Shown here piece by piece: positions 30,260-38,265 of a stretch of 64,000 bases of DNA. Positions within the stretch are counted from its first letter, which is position 1. Each line of letters begins with the position of its first letter. The translations under genes were made by a program, and so were the position numbers. Source of the stretch: Saprospiraceae bacterium. Lineage in GTDB: Bacteria; Bacteroidota; Bacteroidia; Chitinophagales; Saprospiraceae. The notes under the pieces were generated by a model. That model was not told the origin of the DNA. It ran no database searches and worked only from the letters and a program-made list of their open reading frames with translations. Where the stretch lies: the NCBI GenBank assembly GCA_965277445.1, contig CBDICY010000016.1, forward strand, positions 441,604 through 505,603. The letters are read 5' to 3'.

Positions 30260-30338
30260 AACAATTTACAAGATAACAGGATTAATTAGATTAACAGGAT
30301 ATAAGAATCTTGTAAATCTTGTCATCCTGTAAAACAAG

Positions 30339-30506
30339 AGTGCCGTAGAATATAGCGTTACTTCGATTCCAGATCCGTAGGTCGTGGGTTCAAATCCCTC
30401 CATCGCTGCTGTAACACAACTCTCCGAGTTGTGAAATTTTATAAAAAACAGCGATGTAGCTCAGCGGTTAGAGCAACGTAACAGTCGCTTTTCGAATGTT
30501 GCCTCC
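30339..30506 (+). ncRNA. Permuted tRNA-like unit U8 (acceptor hairpin has a long loop containing an 8-bp sub-hairpin)
   Basis: T-arm gtggg-ttcaaat-ccctc (one mismatch), acceptor catcgct...(cacaactc tcc gagttgtg)...agcgatg, ta, D-arm gctc-agcggtta-gagc. Confidence 0.5.
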
Positions 30507-30712
30507 TGTTTTTCTCTTTTAACTTCAACGGGAAGTGCCTTGCAAAGAGGTTCGGTTCGATTCCGAGAAAGAGAACAAGTGCTTTGCACAAAAATGACAA
30601 TCACTTGGTAATGATAGACCAGATGAGGGTTTCTGTATAGCCTCGTAGTGTTCGCCCAGTTGGGTGGAATATGCTGCTACTTTATTGAGTATTGTAACCA
30701 AAATTTGTGTGT

Positions 30713-30955
30713 CGGAGGTTCGATTCCTCCTTCTGGTAATTTACCAGAATAGCTCAGTTGGAAGAGCAACAAATTTCACCCTGTAGGTCGAGGGTTCGAC
30801 TCCCTCCTTAATCTTTGGGATTAAGTAGTTCAGTTGGTTAGAACGACAGATTCTGAATTTCCAGGTTCGAGTCCTGGTTCCGATACGTCGGAATGGCGGA
30901 ATTGGTAAACGCAATGGACATTAAATCCATCATTCTTTGAAGGAGAAAGCCACTT
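30713..30955 (+). ncRNA. Three contiguous permuted tRNA-like modules U9-U11; U11 ends in a tRNA-Leu-like D-arm, anticodon-like hairpin and variable-arm-like hairpin
   Basis: U9: ggagg-ttcgatt-cctcc, ttctggt-aattt-accagaa, ta, gctc-agttggaa-gagc. U10: gaggg-ttcgact-ccctc, cttaatc-tttgg-gattaag, ta, gttc-agttggtta-gaac. U11: ccagg-ttcgagt-cctgg, ttccgat-ac-gtcggaa, tg, gcg-gaattggtaaa-cgc, atgga-cattaaa-tccat, cttt-gaaggag-aaag. Confidence 0.55.
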
Positions 30956-31288
30956 CTTAAAAAATAGGCTAATAACGTTAATGCAAAGGCATTTCTGAGT
31001 TTGTTGCTCTTCGGAAATAACAAACTGATTCGGTAGTTGCTTTGAAGGATTTAGGATACCGTATTGGCTATTTTAGCAGCCTGTTTTTAATTGAAAATGT
31101 TTACCTGCCGATAGGTAGGTAAAATTTAAAAATCAAAATCGAAGAGTAGGACTTCGGTTCTAACTTGAATGTATTGGATTTTTAACTCCATTTTTGTAAA
31201 AATAGCCTGTTTTTGTAAAAGATACTTAATAAATTTTCCGCTGCTATTGAATGGAAATGCGGATGCATTATTTTACAAAAGATTAGAA

Positions 31289-31405
31289 AACTGGTAGAAA
31301 AGCCTTCAGGCTTTCCTGTTCAAGACCTTTAGGTCTGTCATTTCATAAGTAGATTCTTTCTAGCCTAAAGGCTAGTGACGGGAAAGCCTGAAGGCTTTTC
31401 TACCG
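31289..31405. repeat. Multi-hairpin repeat element, copy B (inverted relative to copy A at 18988-19134)
   Basis: 24-bp outer stem ggtagaaaagccttcaggctttcc/ggaaagcctgaaggcttttctacc, with inner hairpins gacctttaggtc and tagcctaaaggcta. Confidence 0.7.
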
Positions 31406-31451
31406 ATGAAAGCATACGACATTTTAAAATCAAATTAGAAAAACAAGTATC

Positions 31452-32549
31452 ATGAAACGTGTACAAATTTATGCTTACAAAGTAGGATTAGTGTTTAGAA
31501 ATGGAAATTTTCTAAAAGTATTGACCGAAGGAAAATATTGGGTCAGATGGGGAGATGAAGTACAGGAATTTAATCTAAATATTCCTTTTATGGCCCCTTG
31601 TGAACTTAATGTTTTATTGGAAGATAAGACATTGGCGGAGCTATTGAACGTCATCATTGTAAAGGATAATGAAATTGGAATGGTCTTTAAAGAAGGCATT
31701 TTTCAAAAGGTATTAATCCCAGGAAGATACGCTTATTGGAAAGGCATTGTCAAATATGACTTCCCTATATTTGATTTGAATGAACTGGAAATTCCAGCAA
31801 GTATTGATAAAAAGTTACTGACCAAACCAAGTTTGTATGGATTCGTTCGGACCAGTATCGTTGAATCTTATGAAGCAGGTTTATTGTTCGTAGAAGGGCA
31901 ATTTGTCAAGGAATTATCTGCGGGCACTTATCGTTTTTGGAATAACGATAAAACAATCAATGTCCTAAAAACCGATTTAAGAGCGCAGCAAGTAGAACTA
32001 GCAGGTCAAGAAATATTGACGAAAGACAAAGCGGCTTTGCGGATTAATTTCTTTGCTCAATACCAAGTTATTGATGTGGAAAAAGCATTGGTAGCTACCA
32101 ATAATTTCAGCAAACAACTTTATATTTTAATTCAGTTGGTGCTACGAGAATATGTAGGCACATTGACTTTGGATGAATTGTTGGCAAAAAAAGAAACAGT
32201 ACAAGGCTATGTCTTAAAAGCGATTGCAGAAAAAGCAGCAGATTTAGGCGTAAAAATCACCGATTGCGGTATCCGAGACATTATCCTACCTGGAGAAGTC
32301 AAAGATATTATGAATCAAGTCTTGGTTGCTGAAAAAAGAGCGCAAGCTAATATTATTACCCGTAGAGAAGAAACAGCTTCTACGAGAAGTTTGCTCAATA
32401 CGGCTAAATTGATGGAGGATAATGAGATGTTATTCAAGCTCAAAGAAATGGAATATGTGGAAAAGATTGCGGAGAAAATTAATACGATTTCTGTTTCTGG
32501 CGGCGGACAAATAGTCGAACAATTGAAGACTATTTTTACGAGAAATTAA
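31452..32549 (+). CDS. SPFH/Band-7 domain protein with three N-terminal partial repeats
   Basis: C-terminal SPFH core (LREYVGTLTLDELL...RAQANIITRREETAS). The N-terminus has three copies of G[LM][VL]F..G.F.K.L..G.Y..W. Confidence 0.75.
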   Translation: MKRVQIYAYKVGLVFRNGNFLKVLTEGKYWVRWGDEVQEFNLNIPFMAPCELNVLLEDKTLAELLNVIIVKDNEIGMVFKEGIFQKVLIPGRYAYWKGIVKYDFPIFDLNELEIPASIDKKLLTKPSLYGFVRTSIVESYEAGLLFVEGQFVKELSAGTYRFWNNDKTINVLKTDLRAQQVELAGQEILTKDKAALRINFFAQYQVIDVEKALVATNNFSKQLYILIQLVLREYVGTLTLDELLAKKETVQGYVLKAIAEKAADLGVKITDCGIRDIILPGEVKDIMNQVLVAEKRAQANIITRREETASTRSLLNTAKLMEDNEMLFKLKEMEYVEKIAEKINTISVSGGGQIVEQLKTIFTRN

Positions 32550-32670
32550 AATAAATTAAATAAGGTTAGTTGAAGCCAATTTGATAGTTCTTTGACTATT
32601 GAATTGGCTTTTTATTTTAAATAATTCAATTAGGTAGGTTCAGTAGTAATTTTATTACTGAGTTGATGAT

Positions 32671-33321
32671 TTAATCTTCATCATCTATAAGAATGGATAA
32701 ATCAAATTTAAAACCTGGTAGCACCGTTTCTCCTGTTAGAATAGCATTCATTCCTTTAATTTTTTCTTGACTACCATCTATTCTGAAAACCCAATGTACT
32801 TTATCAATTGGGTCAATTAGCCAGGCTAGTCGAACGCCATTTTTGATCCAAATATTTTTAATTTTTGCTTTTAAATCTTTGGGTTTGTCTGTTGGACTAC
32901 GCACTTCTACAATAAAATCTGGGACTATTTTGGCAATTTTTTTTCGTTGCCACTTACTAAGTTTTTTGACTTTTTCTTTGCTTATCCAAGCCGCATCGGG
33001 CATTCGTTTTTCTTTGTCAGGTAAGATAAACATAGTTGAAGAGGAAAATGTCTTCCCTGATTTAGCTTTACGGTTCCAGATGGTCAAATCAGCATTGACT
33101 TCATTTTCATGACTTCCTGAATCAAAAGATACTGGGGACATAATAATAAGATTTCCGTTTTTGTCTTGTTCGATTTTTAAATTGGGGTTATGTAAGCAAA
33201 AATCAATAAACTCCTCTTCTGATAAATCGGGAATTAAATGTACTATTTCTAAATCATCAAGTCGTAAAACTCTATTTTTAGATTCCGATTTTTTTAAATT
33301 TATGGTAGAAGTTGCTGTCAT
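32671..33321 (-). CDS. Uma2-family (DUF820) endonuclease
   Basis: PD-(D/E)xK-like blocks PDAAWIS...PDFIVEVRSP...WLIDP. Confidence 0.75.
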   Translation of the reverse strand: MTATSTINLKKSESKNRVLRLDDLEIVHLIPDLSEEEFIDFCLHNPNLKIEQDKNGNLIIMSPVSFDSGSHENEVNADLTIWNRKAKSGKTFSSSTMFILPDKEKRMPDAAWISKEKVKKLSKWQRKKIAKIVPDFIVEVRSPTDKPKDLKAKIKNIWIKNGVRLAWLIDPIDKVHWVFRIDGSQEKIKGMNAILTGETVLPGFKFDLSILIDDED

Positions 33322-33395
33322 TTTAAGCTTAATTTTTTATAAAGATAAGTCTTTTTTACGATAAAAGAAACTTGCGATATACTAACAAATCTATA

Positions 33396-34310
33396 TTAAT
33401 AACTCACCATAAAACGCCCTTCCGTCAAACTAGCTTTAGCACTCCCAGCCAACTCAGCCCCCTCAAAAAAGAAAGTCCCTTCAATAATTTTCACCCCTTT
33501 ATCGTGCTTCGTAACGGTCACTTGCCCACTTTCAGCCCCTAAAAAAGTCATATCATCAATATTGTATTGAGCGCCATAATCTGCAAAACCTGGCGTCCCT
33601 AAACCATAAGTACCTTCCGTAATATCTCTAGGTAAATAAAGCGCAACAGATGGAATACCTGCTGCTGCGGTGCCAACAATCGCAATATTATTCGTAAACG
33701 GGTCAATCATAGCCGTGACTGCTTCTGGTTCAAAGAAAATACTATCGACCTTGACGAAGATGGTATTAAAATCATTTACAGAACCTAATTCTGTTCGGAC
33801 GGGAATTTTATTGAATTGACCGATTTCTATTTTGACTTCTCCTGCGGGTATGGCTCTTGCACCTGTAAAGAAAAATGTACCTGACATCGTTGAATCTTGC
33901 CAATTGAGTTCAGCAATTTCTACTTTTCCACCTTCCATACTAGTATTGGAGGTAAAAGCATTGGAATTATCCCCAAGCGTATAAGCACCTGCACTTAAAC
34001 TATTTTCAGTTAGTTCATAAACACCTTCTCCTTTGTCTTCTAAACTTAGGATAATAATAGAACCATCTGCAGCTAATCCAGAAATACCGATTCTATTGAC
34101 TTGAATTAATGCCCCTGCGGCTGTTGCGGACCAGTCCATGTTATTTATTTGAGCCGTCATTAGACTAGTACTCGTATCCATCGGCATTTCAGTCATTGGA
34201 TTTTCTTCTTCTGGTGGTGCGACATTGGTATCCAAAAAAGCATCATCGCAACTAAATAATAAACTAAAGATGACCAAACTAATGAAAAAGGAAACTAAAT
34301 TTATCCGCAT
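33396..34310 (-). CDS. Lipoprotein, hypothetical
   Basis: Signal peptide with lipobox LLFSCDD. Gly/Thr-rich beta-type sequence. Confidence 0.5.
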   Translation of the reverse strand: MRINLVSFFISLVIFSLLFSCDDAFLDTNVAPPEEENPMTEMPMDTSTSLMTAQINNMDWSATAAGALIQVNRIGISGLAADGSIIILSLEDKGEGVYELTENSLSAGAYTLGDNSNAFTSNTSMEGGKVEIAELNWQDSTMSGTFFFTGARAIPAGEVKIEIGQFNKIPVRTELGSVNDFNTIFVKVDSIFFEPEAVTAMIDPFTNNIAIVGTAAAGIPSVALYLPRDITEGTYGLGTPGFADYGAQYNIDDMTFLGAESGQVTVTKHDKGVKIIEGTFFFEGAELAGSAKASLTEGRFMVSY

Positions 34311-34605
34311 GATTGTTTATTTGTCATTATTGAGAATAGAGAAAAGAGATTTAAACTGGAATTTTGTCAAGGTACTGCTTGTTTTTACTGACCTTAGCCG
34401 TTTTATCTTTATTCTCCCAATGAAATGGTCTCTAATTTCTATTTTATTGAATACTTCCAATACAGCAATAATCCTACTAAAAACCATTTCAAGCAACCTA
34501 TAAACGTTTATTTTTAAAAAATAATTATAAAAAATGAAGGTTTTATTTAACTGCGCAAAATAATTGCGTAGAGGTGTCTTAACTTGCAATCAAAATTAAG
34601 GAACA

Positions 34606-35622
34606 ATGAATATTTCAGCATTAGAAAAGATGATTACCGCAGGTTATGTAAAAAAGCAAAAGCATCCAACTGCGGATTTGTTAATTTATAATTATTCTGA
34701 AACGGCACAGTTTGAGCGAGTTTGGAATGAAGTGACTTTGCAATGCCGAGGTTTGATTTTAGATGGAGAGGGTAGGGTAGTAGCACGTCCGTTTCCAAAG
34801 TTTTTTAATTTAGAAGAGTTGGTTAATAAACCGATTCCAAATTTACCCTTTGAGGTGTATGAAAAAATGGATGGTTCATTAGGGATTAGCTATGTGGTAA
34901 ATGAAGAAATTTTTATAGCCACTAGAGGATCATTTACTAGCGAGCAATCGGTGAAAGCCAATGAATTATTGAATACTAAATATGCTGCTGCCAAAGCCCA
35001 AATGAATCCAGCTGTTACTTATTTATTTGAAATTATTTATCCCGAAAATCGGATAGTATTGGATTATGGACCTCAAGAAATCTTGGTTTTATTAGGCATT
35101 ATAGAAACGGCAACCCGAAAGGAATTGCCTTTAGTGGATATTGGTTTTCCAGTTGTTAAAAAATACAATGGGGTAAAAGATATTCATCAATTAAAAGCCT
35201 TAGCTTATGATAATAAAGAAGGTTTTGTGATTCGTTTTGCTAATAATTACCGTATCAAAGTGAAATTTGAAGAATATGTGCGGATTCACCGAATTATCCA
35301 GCAAGTATCGAGCATCACCATTTGGGAAAATTTAATGGCTGGACAACCTTTTACAGAAATATTAGAACAAGTACCTGATGAATTTTATACTTGGGTAAAA
35401 GTGACCAAAGCAAAATTAGAAGCAGATTATTTAGTCATTGAAAATATTGCGAAAAGTGAGTATAAAGAATTAGCAACACGGAAAGAAACGGCTTTGTATT
35501 TTCAGACTTGTCAATATCCAAAAATTCTTTTTTCTATGTTGGATGGGAAGGATTATTCGGAGACGATTTGGCGGTATATTCGACCTGTTTATGAGCGTCC
35601 TTTTACACACAGGATAACATGA
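34606..35622 (+). CDS. ATP-dependent RNA ligase (Rnl/T4 RnlB-type nucleotidyltransferase, pfam09414-like)
   Basis: Motif I KMDGSLG (KxDG), motif IV EGFVIR, motif V RIKVKF. Length 338 aa, comparable to Rnl2-type ligases. Confidence 0.75.
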   Translation: MNISALEKMITAGYVKKQKHPTADLLIYNYSETAQFERVWNEVTLQCRGLILDGEGRVVARPFPKFFNLEELVNKPIPNLPFEVYEKMDGSLGISYVVNEEIFIATRGSFTSEQSVKANELLNTKYAAAKAQMNPAVTYLFEIIYPENRIVLDYGPQEILVLLGIIETATRKELPLVDIGFPVVKKYNGVKDIHQLKALAYDNKEGFVIRFANNYRIKVKFEEYVRIHRIIQQVSSITIWENLMAGQPFTEILEQVPDEFYTWVKVTKAKLEADYLVIENIAKSEYKELATRKETALYFQTCQYPKILFSMLDGKDYSETIWRYIRPVYERPFTHRIT

Positions 35623-35857
35623 TTATGCTGGATTAACAGGATTTGACGAGCTAGGAGGATGAGCGAGCAAAAAAGCCCAAGAGGACTATTTTGTGAAGTG
35701 AACTGTGAAACAGGTGGGATTGCAAACGGATTCAGACGGATTGAACGGGTAGGAACGGATTTTACATGTGGTTCGTAAAATCTGTTCCAATCAGTTAAAT
35801 CTGTTCCAATCAGTTAAGAATCCTATCTATTTAAAAACCATTATTAAAACTTAAAAC

Positions 35858-36748
35858 GTGAAACAAGTTATTATATTAAGAGGCTTACCAGCTTCAGGAA
35901 AATCAACCTATGCAAAGGATTTAGTGAAAGCGAATCCAAATATGTATAAGCGCATTAATCGAGACGATATGCGAGAAATGTTAGACGGGTATCAGTTTTC
36001 AAAAAGCAATGAAAAATTTGTCAAGAAATTAAGAGATTGGTTGATTGTAGAAGCCTTACGAGATGGAAAACATGTGATTGTGGATGATACCAATTTGTCA
36101 CAGAAAAACATTAATCGCATTAATGATTTAGTCAACGGCTATAAAAAACAAACAGGGCATCAAGTAAATGTGGTGGTTAAAGAATTCACGATTGAATTGC
36201 AGGAAGCAGTAGAACGAGATGCTAAGAGAAAGCGACCTGTAGGTCGCAAGCAAATTGAAAAATTGCACCGTCAATTTTATGCACCTGATGATAAAAAAGG
36301 ACGAGGACCATATTATATGGAACAAGATAAAGCTTTGGCAAAGGCAATTATTTGTGATATAGATGGAACGTTGGCAATCATAGAAGGACGTTCGCCATTT
36401 GATGCTACTTTATGTGAACAAGATGCCTTGAATGAACCAATTGCAAATATTGTCAAGGACGAATACGCAAAAGGGACACATATCTTTTTGTTTACAGGGA
36501 GAAAGGATTCGACCAAAACACAGACCCTAAATTGGTTGAAGAAATTTGAGATTCCATTCCACGAAATCGTCATGCGAAAGCATGAAGATAATAGAAAGGA
36601 TTCCATTGTGAAAACCGAATTTTTTGAGGCGCACATCAAAGACCAGTTCTTTGTGAAATATGTCTTAGATGACCGAAATCAGGTAGTCGATATGTGGCGT
36701 TTGGATATTGGTTTGCCTTGTTTGCAGGTGAATTATGGGGATTTTTGA
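35858..36748 (+). CDS. Polynucleotide 5'-kinase/3'-phosphatase (T4 PseT-like: P-loop kinase + HAD phosphatase)
   Basis: N-terminal Walker A GLPASGKST. The C-terminal HAD motif I ICDIDGTLA and ...DDRNQVVDMWR...VNYGDF match the T4 Pnkp phosphatase organisation. Confidence 0.8.
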   Translation: MKQVIILRGLPASGKSTYAKDLVKANPNMYKRINRDDMREMLDGYQFSKSNEKFVKKLRDWLIVEALRDGKHVIVDDTNLSQKNINRINDLVNGYKKQTGHQVNVVVKEFTIELQEAVERDAKRKRPVGRKQIEKLHRQFYAPDDKKGRGPYYMEQDKALAKAIICDIDGTLAIIEGRSPFDATLCEQDALNEPIANIVKDEYAKGTHIFLFTGRKDSTKTQTLNWLKKFEIPFHEIVMRKHEDNRKDSIVKTEFFEAHIKDQFFVKYVLDDRNQVVDMWRLDIGLPCLQVNYGDF

Positions 36749-36900
36749 GGCGAGTTTTCGAGTTGCGGGTTACGAATTGCGAGTTGAAAATAGAAGCTAT
36801 GTTTGATATGTAGACATAAATCTAATTCTAGTATTTTGTCCGAATAATAAACAGTAGCAGTATCCAACCCGCGACCCGTAATTCGCAACCCGTACCTCGT

Positions 36901-38238
36901 TTAATCCACAATCGCTTGATAAACCAAATTATGAAACTTCTCCCGCGCCTGTAAATGATTATAAGGCATTACTTGAATCATCATCAAAATAGCTAAGTCT
37001 TCTTTGGGGTCAATTCTAAAATAAGTGCCTGCTGCACCGCCCCAACCGTACATACCTTCAGAACCTAAGGCTTCAGTAGCCGCTAAATCAGTCGTAACCG
37101 AAAAGCCTAAACCAAAAGCCGTTCCTCTACCGGGTAGTACAATTGGTCCGCCTGCATGTGGTGTTTTTTGAGTATGGTCACTTGTCATTAATGCTAAGGT
37201 TTTAGGGCTGACCAAACGATGACCATTTAAGGTGCCTTTATTTAAAAGCATTTGACAGAATTTTAAGTAATCGTTAGTCGTAGAAACCAATCCACCACCG
37301 CCAGAAAACATCGTCACTTCTTTACAATATTTACTCATAGAAGGGTGGTCAATCGCTTGTAAACTGCCATCGGTTTTTTTATGCGTATAATTAGTGATGA
37401 AACGATCATCTTTAACATCAGGAACTTCAAAATGCGTATCATTCATACCCAATGGTTGTAGAATACGTTCTGCTAAAAATTCATCCAAAGGCTGATTGGC
37501 GATAATTTCTAATAAAGCACCCGCTACATCGGTAGAAACACTATATCTCCAACCACTTCCAGGTTGATGGTATAAAGGCAAAGTACTCATAGCTCTTAGA
37601 AATTCTCGATTGGTAGTTCCCACTCTTTTAGCGCCTACCTTATAAAGAGAATCTACATGATTAGCAGGAAAACCCCAACCGTAGCCAAAACCAGTAGTAT
37701 GCCGCAAAACATCAATAATGCGAATCGGTCGTTTGGCAGGTTCTGTTTTGCCATCCCCAATATGTACTTGCATGTTCTTGAATTCTGGTGCATATTTATG
37801 CAAAGGATCATTCAATTGAAATAAGCCTTCTTCATACAACATCATCAAACCAATCGAAACAATCGGTTTGGTCATCGAATATATACGGAAGATACTATTA
37901 TCTTTTAAAGGGTCTTTGCTGTCTACATCTTCATACCCATACGTATCAAATTGCACAACTTTTCCTTTTCGGATAACAGCAGTTTGCACACTAGCTAATT
38001 GCCCTTTGTCTACATATTCGTGCATTTTGGCCTCCATCATTTTTAAACGTGCGGAAGACATACCGACGGATTCAGGGGGAGCAGTTGGTAAGTTAATCGT
38101 AGTAGTTGATTTATCGGTAGTGACGGAGTTTTGTGCTACCAAATCAACGGTATTGCTGATTATACAGATTAATAAGGCTAAAAATAGTAGGGATTTGATT
38201 TTCATATCTTTGATATTTAATTTTTTGCTAAACGTCAA
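36901..38238 (-). CDS. Serine hydrolase, class C beta-lactamase/PBP family
   Basis: Signal peptide, then SMTK (SxxK), a YSV (YxN-like) motif and GGG. Confidence 0.9.
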   Translation of the reverse strand: MTFSKKLNIKDMKIKSLLFLALLICIISNTVDLVAQNSVTTDKSTTTINLPTAPPESVGMSSARLKMMEAKMHEYVDKGQLASVQTAVIRKGKVVQFDTYGYEDVDSKDPLKDNSIFRIYSMTKPIVSIGLMMLYEEGLFQLNDPLHKYAPEFKNMQVHIGDGKTEPAKRPIRIIDVLRHTTGFGYGWGFPANHVDSLYKVGAKRVGTTNREFLRAMSTLPLYHQPGSGWRYSVSTDVAGALLEIIANQPLDEFLAERILQPLGMNDTHFEVPDVKDDRFITNYTHKKTDGSLQAIDHPSMSKYCKEVTMFSGGGGLVSTTNDYLKFCQMLLNKGTLNGHRLVSPKTLALMTSDHTQKTPHAGGPIVLPGRGTAFGLGFSVTTDLAATEALGSEGMYGWGGAAGTYFRIDPKEDLAILMMIQVMPYNHLQAREKFHNLVYQAIVD

Positions 38239-38265
38239 AGATAATGAATTGAAATTAAAAATAAT

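Larger units (their letters stand above)
28469..30955 (+). repeat. Array of at least 11 tRNA-like modules (permuted tRNA-mimic units and tRNA 3'-fragment-like units) interspersed with two real tRNAs and one CDS
   Basis: Twelve T-loop consensus sites (GGTTCGA[A/G/T]TCC) on the + strand. Unit heads share (A)GTG[CT]CGTAGA...GTTACTTCGA and tails end TTTTTGCC. See the individual entries. Confidence 0.8.

Noticed and set aside
29618-30264. Small minus-strand ORFs (29618-29809, 29931-30119, 30073-30264)
   Set aside because: They are antisense to tRNA-like units and to tRNA-Asp. The encoded peptides contain 'GFEP'/'GFEPATSR' strings, which are just the reverse-complement translation of T-arms.
30455-30530. 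Apparent tRNA 5' half (agcgatg-ta-gctcagcggttagagc…) as an independent tRNA gene
   Set aside because: No pairing anticodon stem or T-arm follows. Its 5' strand instead pairs with catcgct 40 nt upstream, as the closed acceptor hairpin of permuted unit U8.
30600-30752. Possible ~120-nt tRNA (accagat … ggaggttcgattcctcc ttctggt), e.g. a tRNA with an insertion or tRNA-Sec
   Set aside because: No D-arm with GG follows the putative 5' acceptor (accagat gagggtttctgtatagcc), and there is one acceptor mismatch. The 3' strand ttctggt pairs perfectly with accagaa immediately downstream, in the permuted unit U9.
28469-30955. Regularly recurring repeats could suggest a CRISPR array
   Set aside because: The repeats are long (60-160 nt), non-identical, variably spaced and fold as tRNA-like arms. 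There are no short identical direct repeats with unique spacers and no cas genes.
30838-31023. 61-aa minus-strand ORF
   Set aside because: It lies antisense to the U10/U11 tRNA-like modules, so the RNA-gene explanation is preferred.
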